Source: Octopus sinensis
Lineage: Eukaryota
Direction of reading: 5' to 3'
Assembly (NCBI RefSeq): GCF_006345805.1
Contig: NC_043000.1
Span: 93,806,001-93,870,000, forward strand
DNA: 64,000 nucleotides
Shown here: positions 51,793-64,000 of the stretch, in pieces
How positions within the stretch are numbered: the stretch's first letter is position 1
Layout: every line of letters begins with the position of its first letter
Made by a program: the position numbers and the translations under genes
The notes under the pieces: model-generated
Told to the model about the DNA's origin: nothing
What the model saw: only the letters and a program-made list of their open reading frames with translations
Database searches by the model: none

Positions 51793-52145
51793 CAGAAAGT
51801 GAAAGATGTATGTACGTGTATAGGAAATGGACGTGTGTGTGTGTGTATGAGTGTGTGCGAGGAATGTGTCGTGATGATGGATGTCATTTAAAGTACACGC
51901 TCATATAGAAAATGTGACGTCATCGTCATCGTCATCGTCGTATAAGATGTTTACGATAGCTGACTTATAGAAAAGGTTATACTTTCAAATTTTTGTAATG
52001 CAAATATGTCACTGAAAATAAAGTTTAATTGGTAGCCGAAATAGTACTGAATCTTTTGATACCCCATACGTCAAATTCGGTACGTCAGTTTTGAAATGCA
52101 GAAGGGACATACGCACACACACACATACAAACTCTCTTTTATAGT

Positions 52146-52169
<24 letters not shown>
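48680..52169 (-). mobile_element. Helitron, internally deleted, 3' terminus missing; RepHel pseudogene ~48680-51150
   Basis: 5' end TCTATATATA…ATAAAAGAGAGTTTGTATGTGTG at ~52169. Minus-strand protein remnants YPTYKRRKPGDGG…NRWIVPYSSLLLRVFKAHINVEFCNSVHSIKYVCKYINK, AVAPSGIAATLL, HRGALEALDRSLRD, GDFRQILPV, LLRNLDPSRLCNGTRL and FSHGQLHVACSRV (Rep C-terminal region plus PIF1 helicase); many stops and frameshifts. Confidence 0.92.
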
Positions 52170-52180
<11 letters not shown>

Positions 52181-52689
52181 GGGGAGGGAGAGAGAGCATT
52201 CCCTATTTTATCAATAAGTAAAATTGTATCAGTCAAAAAGCCAATGAATGCCCCGTTACATCTTTAGAAACCTACAATGACAAACTTTAAGGCACGATAA
52301 TAAATGTATGAATGCTATCTGTTAATCAAACTGGAATCTACAAGCAACTGTTGCCGGTTTCAACCTATCGGATCTCATCATGTGGAAGAACACTTTAATC
52401 TGCTGGTATGTCAAATTACGGGACCAGAGGAAGCTAGGAGCCCGGCTGAAAGCCGGGTAATTCATCTGGAATGGTAGACTCTAGTTTGATTGTAGCTGCG
52501 GCAGGTCTTGTAACCAGAGCTTATTACGGAGAAGTAATGAATATTTCCTGTTGAACCAAATATGGCTTTGTAATACTAATGTCACTTTATCAGTGTGTAT
52601 TAGTCATTTGAAAGCAACCTCGCCCTTGTGCTATCCCAAGAGTGTATATATATATTTGTGTGTGTGTGCGTGTGTGTGAGTATGTGTGC

Positions 52690-52748
<59 letters not shown>

Positions 52749-52986
52749 AATATTTGTGTGTGTAAGTATATATGCATACATATACAAATATATGTAGATA
52801 TACTTACATACACAAATATATATATATATATATAATATATATATATGCATATATATATATGCATATATATAAATATGCATAAATATATTATACCTATATG
52901 TATTATACACACGCGGTGACACATGCACCAGCATACACGCAACCTCAAAATTAAACATTATATATATATACATAAATATATATATA

Positions 52987-53064
<78 letters not shown>

Positions 53065-53784
53065 ACACACATGCATACCTATACATGCTTATATATACAT
53101 TTTTATACACACAGACAGATATGACAGCACATACGCGCTCGTGCGCGCGCTTAAAAGCAGATAACCACAGGAAGCTTCATTAAAAGGCAAGCAATATTTG
53201 TGTTATCTTTCCTACAAGTTATCAAACATGATATATTCTCTATGTGAATTATCCAAAATGTGATATCAATGTTTATCAAATGACTATGTCATGCCAACTA
53301 CTGATGATATCTTACTCTGGTTACATTTAGTTGAACTTCCATCCACAACAGTTGCAGGTTATATTCATACGTACCACTACCAACACCGTTGCGAGGTATG
53401 TTCACATATATATATGTAATATGGGTTACAGAGGGTTAATAATCAGTTCCAGCATTGCTAGAAATAAGAGTCAAACGAACTCAACAGTTACAGAAGCACA
53501 AACTTGATGACTGACAATGGTGACAAGGTCCATACAGTCGCTGATATAATCAGACCATGGATGATTTCGCAGTTTGATGCTTAACGCATCTTAATGTTTA
53601 TCAGTGGCTCTCACCGCGCCTAGGTTTAAACTCAGCCCGCCTTGTCAACTTATAAGATTCCCGTTGAAATTATACGTTGATTTAGCAAAAGGTAACAGTA
53701 AAAATTATATATAACACGGATTTGCTAATTCATAATTTTACACCCCATAGGCTGAAATATATATGTCACCAAAATGACAAACGG

Positions 53785-53872
<88 letters not shown>

Positions 53873-53965
53873 TATATAAATGTTTCCTTTCCTGAGCGTC
53901 CAATAACACTATACTTGTTCCACGTCCTCGCGTTGTGTTTTCTCTTTGTTTATGTTTGGTTTAAC

Positions 53966-54460
<495 letters not shown>

Positions 54461-54653
54461 ACATACACCTACGTTTTGTGTGTGAAAATGTGATTATGTG
54501 TGTCTCTCTTTACTCAGGTGATTGTGTGTATATGCTTTTTTATAAGGCAAAGCTGAAGCCTCTCGCCCATATCTAGCATATTAAGAAACTAGCCCCAAGA
54601 TTTAATTAATAATGTGTCTAAAACCCAAGCCACTAAACTGAACATGGAGGATA

Positions 54654-54811
54654 ATTATAGAGTTCAGTTAGTATGGTTTTGAGGATCTTGTAGATGGTGT
54701 TGATACATGTTATTAGTTGGTAGTTCTTTAGAATTTTCGTGTTTTCAGCTTTTGATAGAAGGTATGTTGTTCCTTCAGTCAGCAAGGCAGGTATTTGCTC
54801 TGGGCTCTGGA
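54654..54811 (-). mobile_element. 158-bp R4/Dong RT fragment between ~95-bp direct repeats (54563-54654 and 54815-54913)
   Basis: Reverse complement aligns to 57913-58071. Confidence 0.85.
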
Positions 54812-54914
54812 CTGTCGCCCATGTCTAGCATATAAAGAAACTAGCCCCAAGACTGATAATTTAATTAATAATGTGTCTAAAACCCAAGCCATTAAACTGA
54901 ACATGGAGGATAAA

Positions 54915-55640
54915 GAGACTCATCCCACGAAAATCTTTTGTAACTCTGAAAGACCATAAGGATAATTTCACGCAAAACCCCAGTTGTAGATTGACAAATC
55001 CCAAAAAGAGCGAAATAAGATGGCGAAATTAGACAGAATCATGCGACACATTAGAGCCACCCAATGGATATGAAACAGAATAAGAGCAAATGCGAATTCA
55101 TCCATTTGACATCGGTCCCTAAATGGCTCTTCCAAAAGCCATTCGAGTTCACTAAAGCATACACAGCTGTTACCAACAAAGGTGTAGCCATTATAATGAA
55201 CGCAAGGAAGTCGTTGGTTTTTCTATAACATCTATTGGAAAAAAGAATGGAGATTAACTATTTAATGCTACTATGGGGAGACATGATGAAGAAAAGATAG
55301 CGGATCTAGTTGGTTTTTACATACTACGTACCCTTAAATAACGACCTGAAAGCCGCAAGCATAGGACGAGGATGTAGAAGTAGCATATAAGAATGGATAT
55401 GATATAGATACAATGAGAAAAGTTAAGTAACTCAAATTAAAAAATTACAGTTAACACTAATCTTAAAGAAGTTGATTTCCTAAACATTAATATGAAACTT
55501 AGCACGGGCAAATAAATATTTCCTTTGACAAACCGAATGAGGATACCTCCTACATCGACAGTGTTTCTAACCATCTACCATTAATAATTAAACAAGCACT
55601 TAATCGCATTAGTAGACGTGTTTCCGATTTATCTTTTAAT
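54915..55640 (+). pseudogene. Second Penelope-like RT remnant (different subfamily from the one at 39 kb)
   Basis: FVTLKDHKDNFTQNPSCRLTNPKKSEI, IMNARKSL, ATMGRHDEEKIADLVGFYIL, KITVNTNLKEVDFLNI, SNHLPLIIK. Confidence 0.75.
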
Positions 55641-56567
55641 AGAGTGTGAATGCTCTTGAACAGTACAATTAAACTATGTTGAACACAAATACTTGCAAAA
55701 ACCAAGGCCAATACAAGAGAAAATACGATGATAGAAATCTTAAAGCGAGTTTCTCTCACTCACTTGCGTATTTATTAGCCAATGAAATTATTTTGAAGTC
55801 TCGTATAATCTCGCGTCTTATCACGTCGTCTGATCCACCATGGTGTTTTTATGTGCTATGATTGTTGATTTGTTTTGCGTATATTTCTACAATGTCAACC
55901 ATGCATCTTCGTATGTCTTACTCCAGATTTGCTTATTCGTTTGTCACCCATTTCGTTCATTAACATACTTGTGTTATTTCTCTGAACTTTGCCTACAAAC
56001 ATCATTCACCGACGCACACAGTCACCGACTTACACACAAGCACAAAGACATTCATGCACAGGGCAAGATGAAACTTACGTATGTTGATCATAATTAATCA
56101 GGACGAGGATTTACAGTCCGAAAGCTCAAGAAAAATTCAAAACAATTATGAATTATTTGTATCAACGACATCAATATCTAATCAGTGACGGAACAAACGG
56201 AAAGAGGCAATATATTAACATACAATCTAAAGAAAATATGATGATCTTAACTCGTAGTAAGCCTCTCATACGCGTACATATACATATACATACATTTCTT
56301 TATCTATATATATGTGTGTGTGTGTGAGCGCGTATGTATTCGATATGAATTTTTAATGCTTTATCTTCCTAAAGAGGATATAGTCATCGCAATATACTTC
56401 CTGTTTATAGTAGTTGTGACACTGTAGGTAGCCTTATTTAGCAAACTCTCGGTGTTAGACATTTCAACCGGTTTTAATCCACGAGTGAACAACCTCTATC
56501 ATTTGCACTCTTCGAATATCGTGTGTATGTGTGTATATACATAGATACTTACACACGCACACGCACG

Positions 56568-56639
<72 letters not shown>

Positions 56640-57304
56640 ATATATGGATATATAAATACATGTAAACTTCTGTGTGTGCATAGACATATATATATACACG
56701 TGTGGGCTGCGTATATTTATGTTTATACGAGCGTGTGAATATATGTGTGTGTATGCATATGTGTGTATTATGTATGATATTAAAAAATATCTACACATAT
56801 GCACGTGTAAATAGATATATTTAACTACATACATATACACACACGCGATATTCGAAAAGTACAAAACATACAGGTTGTTTACTCTTGGATTAAAATACAC
56901 TGAAATGTCCAAGTAAACCCAATATAGTTACCAACAATGTCACAAATACTGGAAGTATATCATGATGATTATATAGCCTTAGCGAAATATTATTAAAAAT
57001 TCATATACAAAATATGAGATTAAGAACCGAAAAAAAAAAAGAAAAGTTGTTACAAAAAACGTTTCGGTGTTTTCTCCGTCGGTTTCGACGGAGAGCATTC
57101 ACGCTATTTAGCCAAATGAATTCCTACTTGGAAAATTAACTATGTAATAAATGAGTGTTTCGGAAATATGAGTTACGCTTTATATAATTCTCGAACCAAA
57201 TGAGAGTGATAATTTGGGACCTTTGAACTACAGGAAATTTGAATTCACGAAAAGAATGGATCTTATTACTCTAAAATGATGGAAGGAAAATTTGATCGTA
57301 GTGT

Positions 57305-57535
57305 GAGTTGAACATCCTTATGTAAGCGACATGGTGATCTCATATCAAAATTAAATAACGCATGACCTCGCTGGTGGGGCCCAGTTAGAATTTTCTTCGG
57401 CTCGAATAGCTCTCTCCGCCCAAAAAGTCCCTGAATAAGATTTATTTAAAGATGGTAAACGAAATACCCAAATTTCCAGAGGAAAATTATTCAAATTCCA
57501 AAGAATTTCTCTCAACACATGGCTATAATACACCT
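57305..57535 (-). mobile_element. Family D internal fragment (another at ~60915-61045, +)
   Basis: GCGACATGGTGATCTCATATCAA…GGGGCCCAGTTAGAATTTTCTTC…CTCTCAACACATGGCTAT. Confidence 0.75.
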
Positions 57536-57584
57536 CTATTACGCCTAAGCATTTTCCCAGCGTGCTAATGATTCTGCAATCATC

Positions 57585-60171
57585 GACAAAACAAGATATT
57601 CAAGATAGATGTAAAGAAATTTTATAGGGAAATTGGCAAAAGTAAGATAGAATTAAAAGAGCCTTCTAATACTGAGAAAATGGAAGAGTTCTGGAAGATA
57701 TGGAGTAACAAAAGAAAATGCAATGCTGAAGCTCACTGGGTAGAACGTGAGAAAGTGAAGAGCATAAATGGGAGTCAATAGGAATTGAAGAACTAAGATG
57801 TGCTTTTAGAAAGTTACACAAATGGAAAACCCTTGGACTGGATCGGATTCCTATCTTCTGACAAATTGTTTGACAGGACACCAAACTTTTGGTGCATCCT
57901 TAACCGATATTATCCAGAGACCAGAGCAAATACCTGACTTGCTGACTGAAGGAACAACATACTTTCTACCAAAAACTGAAGACACGAAAAAATCTAAAGA
58001 ACTACCAACTAATAACATGTATCAACACCATCTACAAGATCCTCACAACCATACTAACAGAACTCTATAATTCCACAAGCTCAAAAAGATTGCAAAAGGA
58101 ATTCTTATGGCTGCAGAGATTAATTACTCATAAATAAAATGATTGTAGGGAATTATTGGAGCAACAAGAAGAACCTGAGTATGCATGGATAGACTACAGG
58201 TAAGTGTTTGATAGTGTCCCACATAATTGGCAACTCAAGGCCCTTGAGTTATATATGATCTCTCTTGTCGTCTCCAAATTCTTACAAGGTAGTATGGCTA
58301 AGTGGAATATACGTCTTCTTCTAAATCTTAGCAATGGAATGAGCCAGTCTAACATCAACATCAAACGAGACATCTTTCAAAGTGACTCTCTCTCTCTCTT
58401 TCTCTCTCTATCCCTATTACTCTTTTACATGGCACTGATCCCACTTGCAAATGAATTGAATAAGACCAGCTATGGGTTCAAAGTGTTAATACTATAGTAA
58501 ACCATCTGTTTTATATGAACGATCTGAAGCTGTTTACTAGAAATGACGAAGAGCTGTTAGGGCTGCTAACAGCAGTTAAAGAATTCAGCAATAACATCGG
58601 AATCGAGTTTGGACTAAAGCAACTTTTATAAGAAGCAAGTTCAAGCAAACAGCTTCCACCAAATTAGATACCGATGCTACCATCAAGAAGCTTGGCCCAC
58701 AAGAAAGTTATAAATAATTGGGGATAAATGAAGGAGATGGTATAAAACATGCTACTATGAAGGAACAAATAAGAAAGGAGTATTACATGAAAATAAGACT
58801 CATACTAAAAACTGAACTGAGCTCCAAAAATCGCATTAAACCATTAACATCCTGGCACTTCCAGCAGTCCAATACAGTTTTAACATCATTAACTGGAATC
58901 TTACAAAGCGCCAACGCCTGGACAGGAAGACTAGAAAACTACTAACATCTAAGAACATGCACCACCCAAAAGCAGATTTTGATCGTCTTTACCTACCTAG
59001 AAGTAACGAGGGAAGAGGAATGATGCAGGTAGAACTGTGCTATAAGACCTCCACAATAACTATGAACAGGTACAGAGGACTGGATGCTGTGACTTGTGTG
59101 CAAACACCAAAGCAGCAAAAAATCACATTCTATTGTCAAGGAAGCTTGCAAATTCGGAAGGGAACTTGGAATTAACTCTGAATTAGTTGAAGATTCTGAA
59201 ACCACTGCCTGAAACAAGCAAAACGGATCAAGTAGATTGCAAAAAGAACAGGCAGAAACAAATTGAGGAGAAGCGGAGACAGACGCCTCTGCATGGACAG
59301 TATATACTTCGAAGCCGAAATACTGATGTAGACCAAGCAACAACCCATCAGTGGCTGAAAAGTTCAGGACTGAAAGCAGAGACTAGAGGTTTCATATTGG
59401 CGACACAAGATCAAAATCTTCTTACCAAAAACTACCAGGCTAACGTTCTTCAAAATGGTTTTGACCCTAAATGTAGATCTGCGATACATTTGGCAAAACT
59501 ATAGACCATCCCCTCTCGGGTTGGCTTGTGCTGACACCAAACGAATACAAAAATCGCCACGATAGGATAGGAGAGTATTTACATTGAAAAATATGTAAAC
59601 ACTACAAAATCAGCACTCCTACTTACTGGTAGGTACTTACATCATCCCGAGCCAGTCATTGAAGGTAAAAATGTCACTATCCTCTGGAATTTTCCACAGA
59701 CAGAACGATCTAGGCTAATCTACCAGATATAGTCATTAAAGACAAGGAAAAACTACTTGTAGACTAATAGACGTAAGTGTTCCCACTGATAAAAATATAT
59801 CTGTAACGGAATTTAACAAATTAAGTAAATATAAGGACCTGAAAATTGAAATACAAAAGATGTGGCATGTTAAAGCGAGAACTGGTCCTGTTATTGTAGA
59901 TGTCCTAGGTATGATAGAAAGGGATGTTAAAAACATCTAGATAACATCCCAGGAGAACCATGTCTCAGAAAAATCCAAAAGATTGTGCTGACAAGCACTG
60001 CCCACATCCTTAGAAAAAGCGTATCAATTTAAATGTTTGTGTTGTATGAAATGAAGATAGTTCACTGCTTTGTAACATATCTTATCCTTCACTCGCCCCA
60101 GGACGGTAGATGTATCTCGGCAAGTGATTGTAACAAACATGCAGATTTAATAATAATAATAATAATAATAA
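57585..60171 (+). mobile_element. R4/Dong-clade non-LTR retrotransposon, 5'-truncated and decayed (RT, CCHC, restriction-like endonuclease, (TAA)n tail)
   Basis: KKFYREI…EEFWKIW, ITCINTIYKIL, AWIDYR.VFDSVPH, RDIFQSDSLS, HLFYMNDLKLF, YK.LGINEGDGIKH, HPKADFDRLYLPRSNEGRG, LHGQY…THQWLKSSGLKAETRGFILATQDQ, PDIVIKD…IDVSVP…K.SKYKDL; (TAA)n at 60148-60171. Confidence 0.93.
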
Positions 60172-61723
60172 TTTTTTATTAGCCACAATATCAAAGTAAG
60201 AAATACGACCGACAAAAGGTCGGTGTTTACTTTGTTAGAATCGAAATTTAAAGCAAGAAAAATTAACAAAAATTCAGCAAAAATATAAAAATAGGATTTT
60301 AAAACTTCAAAAAGAACAATTCTCAACATTGACATAGGGTAAATTCGGTGGATGGGGCTGCCTCACATACAACGATCCGGATTACTCAGTCATCGCGAAG
60401 GCGTCGAAGGACCCTTTCTCAGTATTTTTCTTCTAACACAGAAGACATACTTGAAGCAAACACAGTGAGATTTACCAGCCTTGCTACTCTCATTTCCTTT
60501 TCGATACATTTACAGTAAAACAGCACTTCCCTCTCTAATTGCACCTGATTTTTCAAATGGTACTTAAAGAAATTGTTGAAATCTTGGCGAGATAGTGAAA
60601 TGCCTATTTTCAAATTTTTCCAGGAGTTTAATTCTTGTTATTTATTTGTGTTTTTCAACATTTTGAAAGGTGACAATATTTTTTTTTTAAATCAGTTACT
60701 TTGCTGCATAAATGCGATTAATGCATCCGGGTGTATTAATTAATAATTAAATTATTATTTGCACAGAAATATTTTGCATATATTTTTGTTTCTCTTTCTC
60801 TTTATCACAAACGATTGCTTTGTAAATGAAGGCGGAACCATCACTTTCAGCCAGGAAGAAGTTTCAATACGGCCTAATAGAAAAGATTCGAGCCGTAAAT
60901 AAATGAATAAAGAAATTATTTGGGGTTTGAATAATTCACCTCTTGAAACATAGGTGTTTTGTTCATCGTCTTCAAAAAAACTTTATACAGGAACCGTTTG
61001 ATCGGGATTGGCTACTCGACCTGAAGAAAATTCTAACTGGGCCTCACTGTAAGCAAAATATTCTGGTTATCTCCCCTGTTCGTTGAACAATAAAAATAAA
61101 TGAGTATATTCTATGTACTTCAACTTCACTCAAAACCGATCTGATTATTATAGCTACATATCATATTACTACTGTAAAGGCGCTGGTACTTCGTGGTTTT
61201 AGTTTACAGACCGGCGGTGTGTTGTATGAGCAAAACACTTCACGTTGCTCCAGTTCATGCACCTGTAAATGGGTAACCCCGCGACGAACTACCAGGTGGG
61301 AAGGCTGGCCTGCCCACCGAGCCAGCGCAGAGGCATCATACGAAAGATAAAACAATTAAAGAAAGCGCATTGTGATTAGGGATCTATGAAAATAACTATC
61401 ACTCTAAGTAGCATTAATTAATGACTGAGTTTCGAGTTCAGAAATATACCTGACAAGAATTTTATTTTTTTATTCTTTTACTTGTTTCAGTAATTTGACT
61501 TCGGCCATGCAGGAGCACCACCTTGAAAGTTTCTAGTCGTACAAATCGACCCCAGGACTTAATTCTTTAAAGCCAAGTACTTATTCAATCGGTCTCTTTT
61601 TACCGAACCGCTACATTACAGGAACGTAAACACACCAACTCAGGTTGTCAAGCAGTGATTGGGGTGGTGGTAAACAAAGACACACGCACACACTCTCACA
61701 CATACACCCACATTCACACACAC

Positions 61724-61765
<42 letters not shown>

Positions 61766-62448
61766 GACGGGCTTCTTTCAGTTTCCGTCTACCAAATCTA
61801 CTCACAAGGCTTTTGTCGGCCCGAGCCTTTTGTAGAAGTCATTTGTCCAAGATACCACGCTGTGGGACTGAACCCGAACCATGTCGTTAGGAAGCAAGCT
61901 TTTTACCACACAGTCTCACCTGTCTTGATTTTTGTGTAAAAAAAAGGCAGGTACAATCACATATTCATCTAAAACCAATTTTTTTCTTGAGCTTCAATAA
62001 TCTGAGATTTTACTCGGCGCTACGAAGCTAGAAGAGAACTTACCCAGATATATAAACTTAATTATTTTTTTAACCAATATTTTTACTTTAGTTAACATAT
62101 TTAATGGAGTTACCGAGTACAACAAAATTAGATATTTCTAATTAGATTAGTTCTAAAAGCCTTGGGAGATTAAAAGAAATTTGTCTACTCCTTGGGTTAC
62201 ACAAGAATTACCAAATATTTTCTGACATCTTTGATGATATAATACGAAATACGCAGTTTTCTTAATTTCTTAATGTGCGTGTTCAGTTCTTGTTCCTACA
62301 TATATTACATACAGAAGCGCCCACACACACAAACACATATAAAAACACACAAACACACACATATATGTATATATAAACATATACACACATATGCACATAT
62401 AAAATCAAAAGATTCCCTTCCGGATTTAAATTCGGGGAGCATAAATCA

Positions 62449-62770
<322 letters not shown>

Positions 62771-63170
62771 CTCTATCTCTCTCGTTATATATATATGCAT
62801 ATGTATTTGTGCATATATCTATATGTATATATACGAATATGCCTATATATACGTATATACGTATATACACGTATATGCCAAATATGTGAATATATTTATG
62901 TATATATATACATATACACACATACACGCACCCCACCACATATATATATACATAAATACGTACAAATATATATATATACACATATATGTATTACATGTAT
63001 GTGAATATATGTGTATATATTTATATATAAGTATACATATACATGTATATATATATATATATGCGAATATATGTATATATATATATATATTTGTGTGTGT
63101 GTACATGTGTATATATATATATATATATTATATATATATATATATATATATGTACATATATATATACATG

Positions 63171-63277
<107 letters not shown>

Positions 63278-63634
63278 GTACACACACACAGGCACATAAT
63301 ACCACTCACTTTATATATTACGACTGACTCTGACTGTAATGGAGTTAACCGCTGAATTCGAAGAGCTGCAGGTTAATAGGAACAAATAAAATAAAAAGTA
63401 ATTGAGAGAAAGGAAGTTGCGAAAATGATGTAGTTTGAAGAGAATAAGTTCTGTGTAGGTTTTCCCTCTCTTAAAAATTAATTGGCCAATAGGCAAAGGG
63501 AAAGAGATATCAAGTTAAAAATTACAAGCTTTGAATATCCATGTTCTGAAACAAATATATTACCGTTAGGTAATATATTCAATTATGAGGCGTTATATTA
63601 ATAAGTATTTGAAGGCAATTATTTTGCATTTTAT

Positions 63635-64000
63635 ATTCCTTTACTCTTTTACTCTTTTACTTGTTTCAGTCATTTGACTGTGGCCATACTGGAGCTCCGC
63701 CTTTAGTCGAGCAAATAGACTAGTACTTATTCTATCGCTCTCTTTTGTCGAACGGCTAAGTTACGGGGACGTAAACACATCAGCATCAGTTGTCAAGCGA
63801 TGTTGGGGGTACAAACACAGACACACAAACATACACACACACACACACACATATATATATACATATATACGACGGGCTTCTTTCAGTTTCCGTCTACCAA
63901 ATCCACTCACAAGGCATTGGTAGGTCCGAGGCTATAGTAGAAGACACTTGCCCAAGGTGCCACGCAGTAGGACTGAACCCGGAACCATGTGGCTGGTAAG
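63635..64000 (-). mobile_element. Family A SINE (head cut by window end)
   Basis: Tail on minus strand GGCGGAGCTCCAGTATGGCCACAGTCAAATGACTGAAACAA(GTAAAAGA)n. Confidence 0.9.

Noticed and set aside
55640-56030. Minus-strand translation faintly like a GIY-YIG endonuclease (…IIRDFKIISLANK…)
   Set aside because: No clear GIY/YIG motifs and several stops; too weak to annotate.
56095-56135. GGACGA-GGA tttacag TCC-GAAAGCTC, resembling a minimal hammerhead
   Set aside because: The core has two mismatches to CUGANGA and no stem I can form.
57060-57105. Perfect 9-bp hairpin TCTCCGTCG-gttt-CGACGGAGA near GAAAC on the minus strand
   Set aside because: No CUGANGA core; possibly a decayed repeat terminus, not interpretable.
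60325-60420. GC-rich stretch with nested short pairings (GGGT/ACCC, TTCG/CGAA, GATG/CATC)
   Set aside because: The helices are only 4 bp and match no tRNA, rRNA, twister or HDV pattern I can recognise.

Overview
Eukaryotic, very AT-rich, microsatellite-saturated genomic DNA. The SINE families and (TA)n/(AAT)n load suggest an octopus (coleoid cephalopod); this is an inference. The only host gene I can support is the last coding exon of mef2 (+ strand, ~10904-11172, IKSEPISP SUMO motif, ends KRSRIDGWAT*), followed by UTR-like sequence that may run to ~26.9 kb. The rest is mobile DNA: at least four SINE-like families, a CR1-type LINE 3' end, R4/Dong LINE remnants, Penelope-like element (PLE) remnants, three mariners (one full length), a pogo-type MITE and an internally deleted Helitron. 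Nearly all ORFs in the supplied track are microsatellite artefacts. Best leads: (1) a minimal type I hammerhead ribozyme on the minus strand at 41805-41864, inside a fold-back non-coding element split by a mariner, plus a second hammerhead candidate at 32318-32366; (2) a LINE/SINE 3' stem-loop with compensatory base changes across three families; (3) two families stacked head-to-tail on AAT/ATT microsatellites; (4) locally templated repair scars; (5) a possible MEF2C-gamma-like alternative acceptor and very long 3' UTR for mef2. SINE boundaries are approximate, read by eye.
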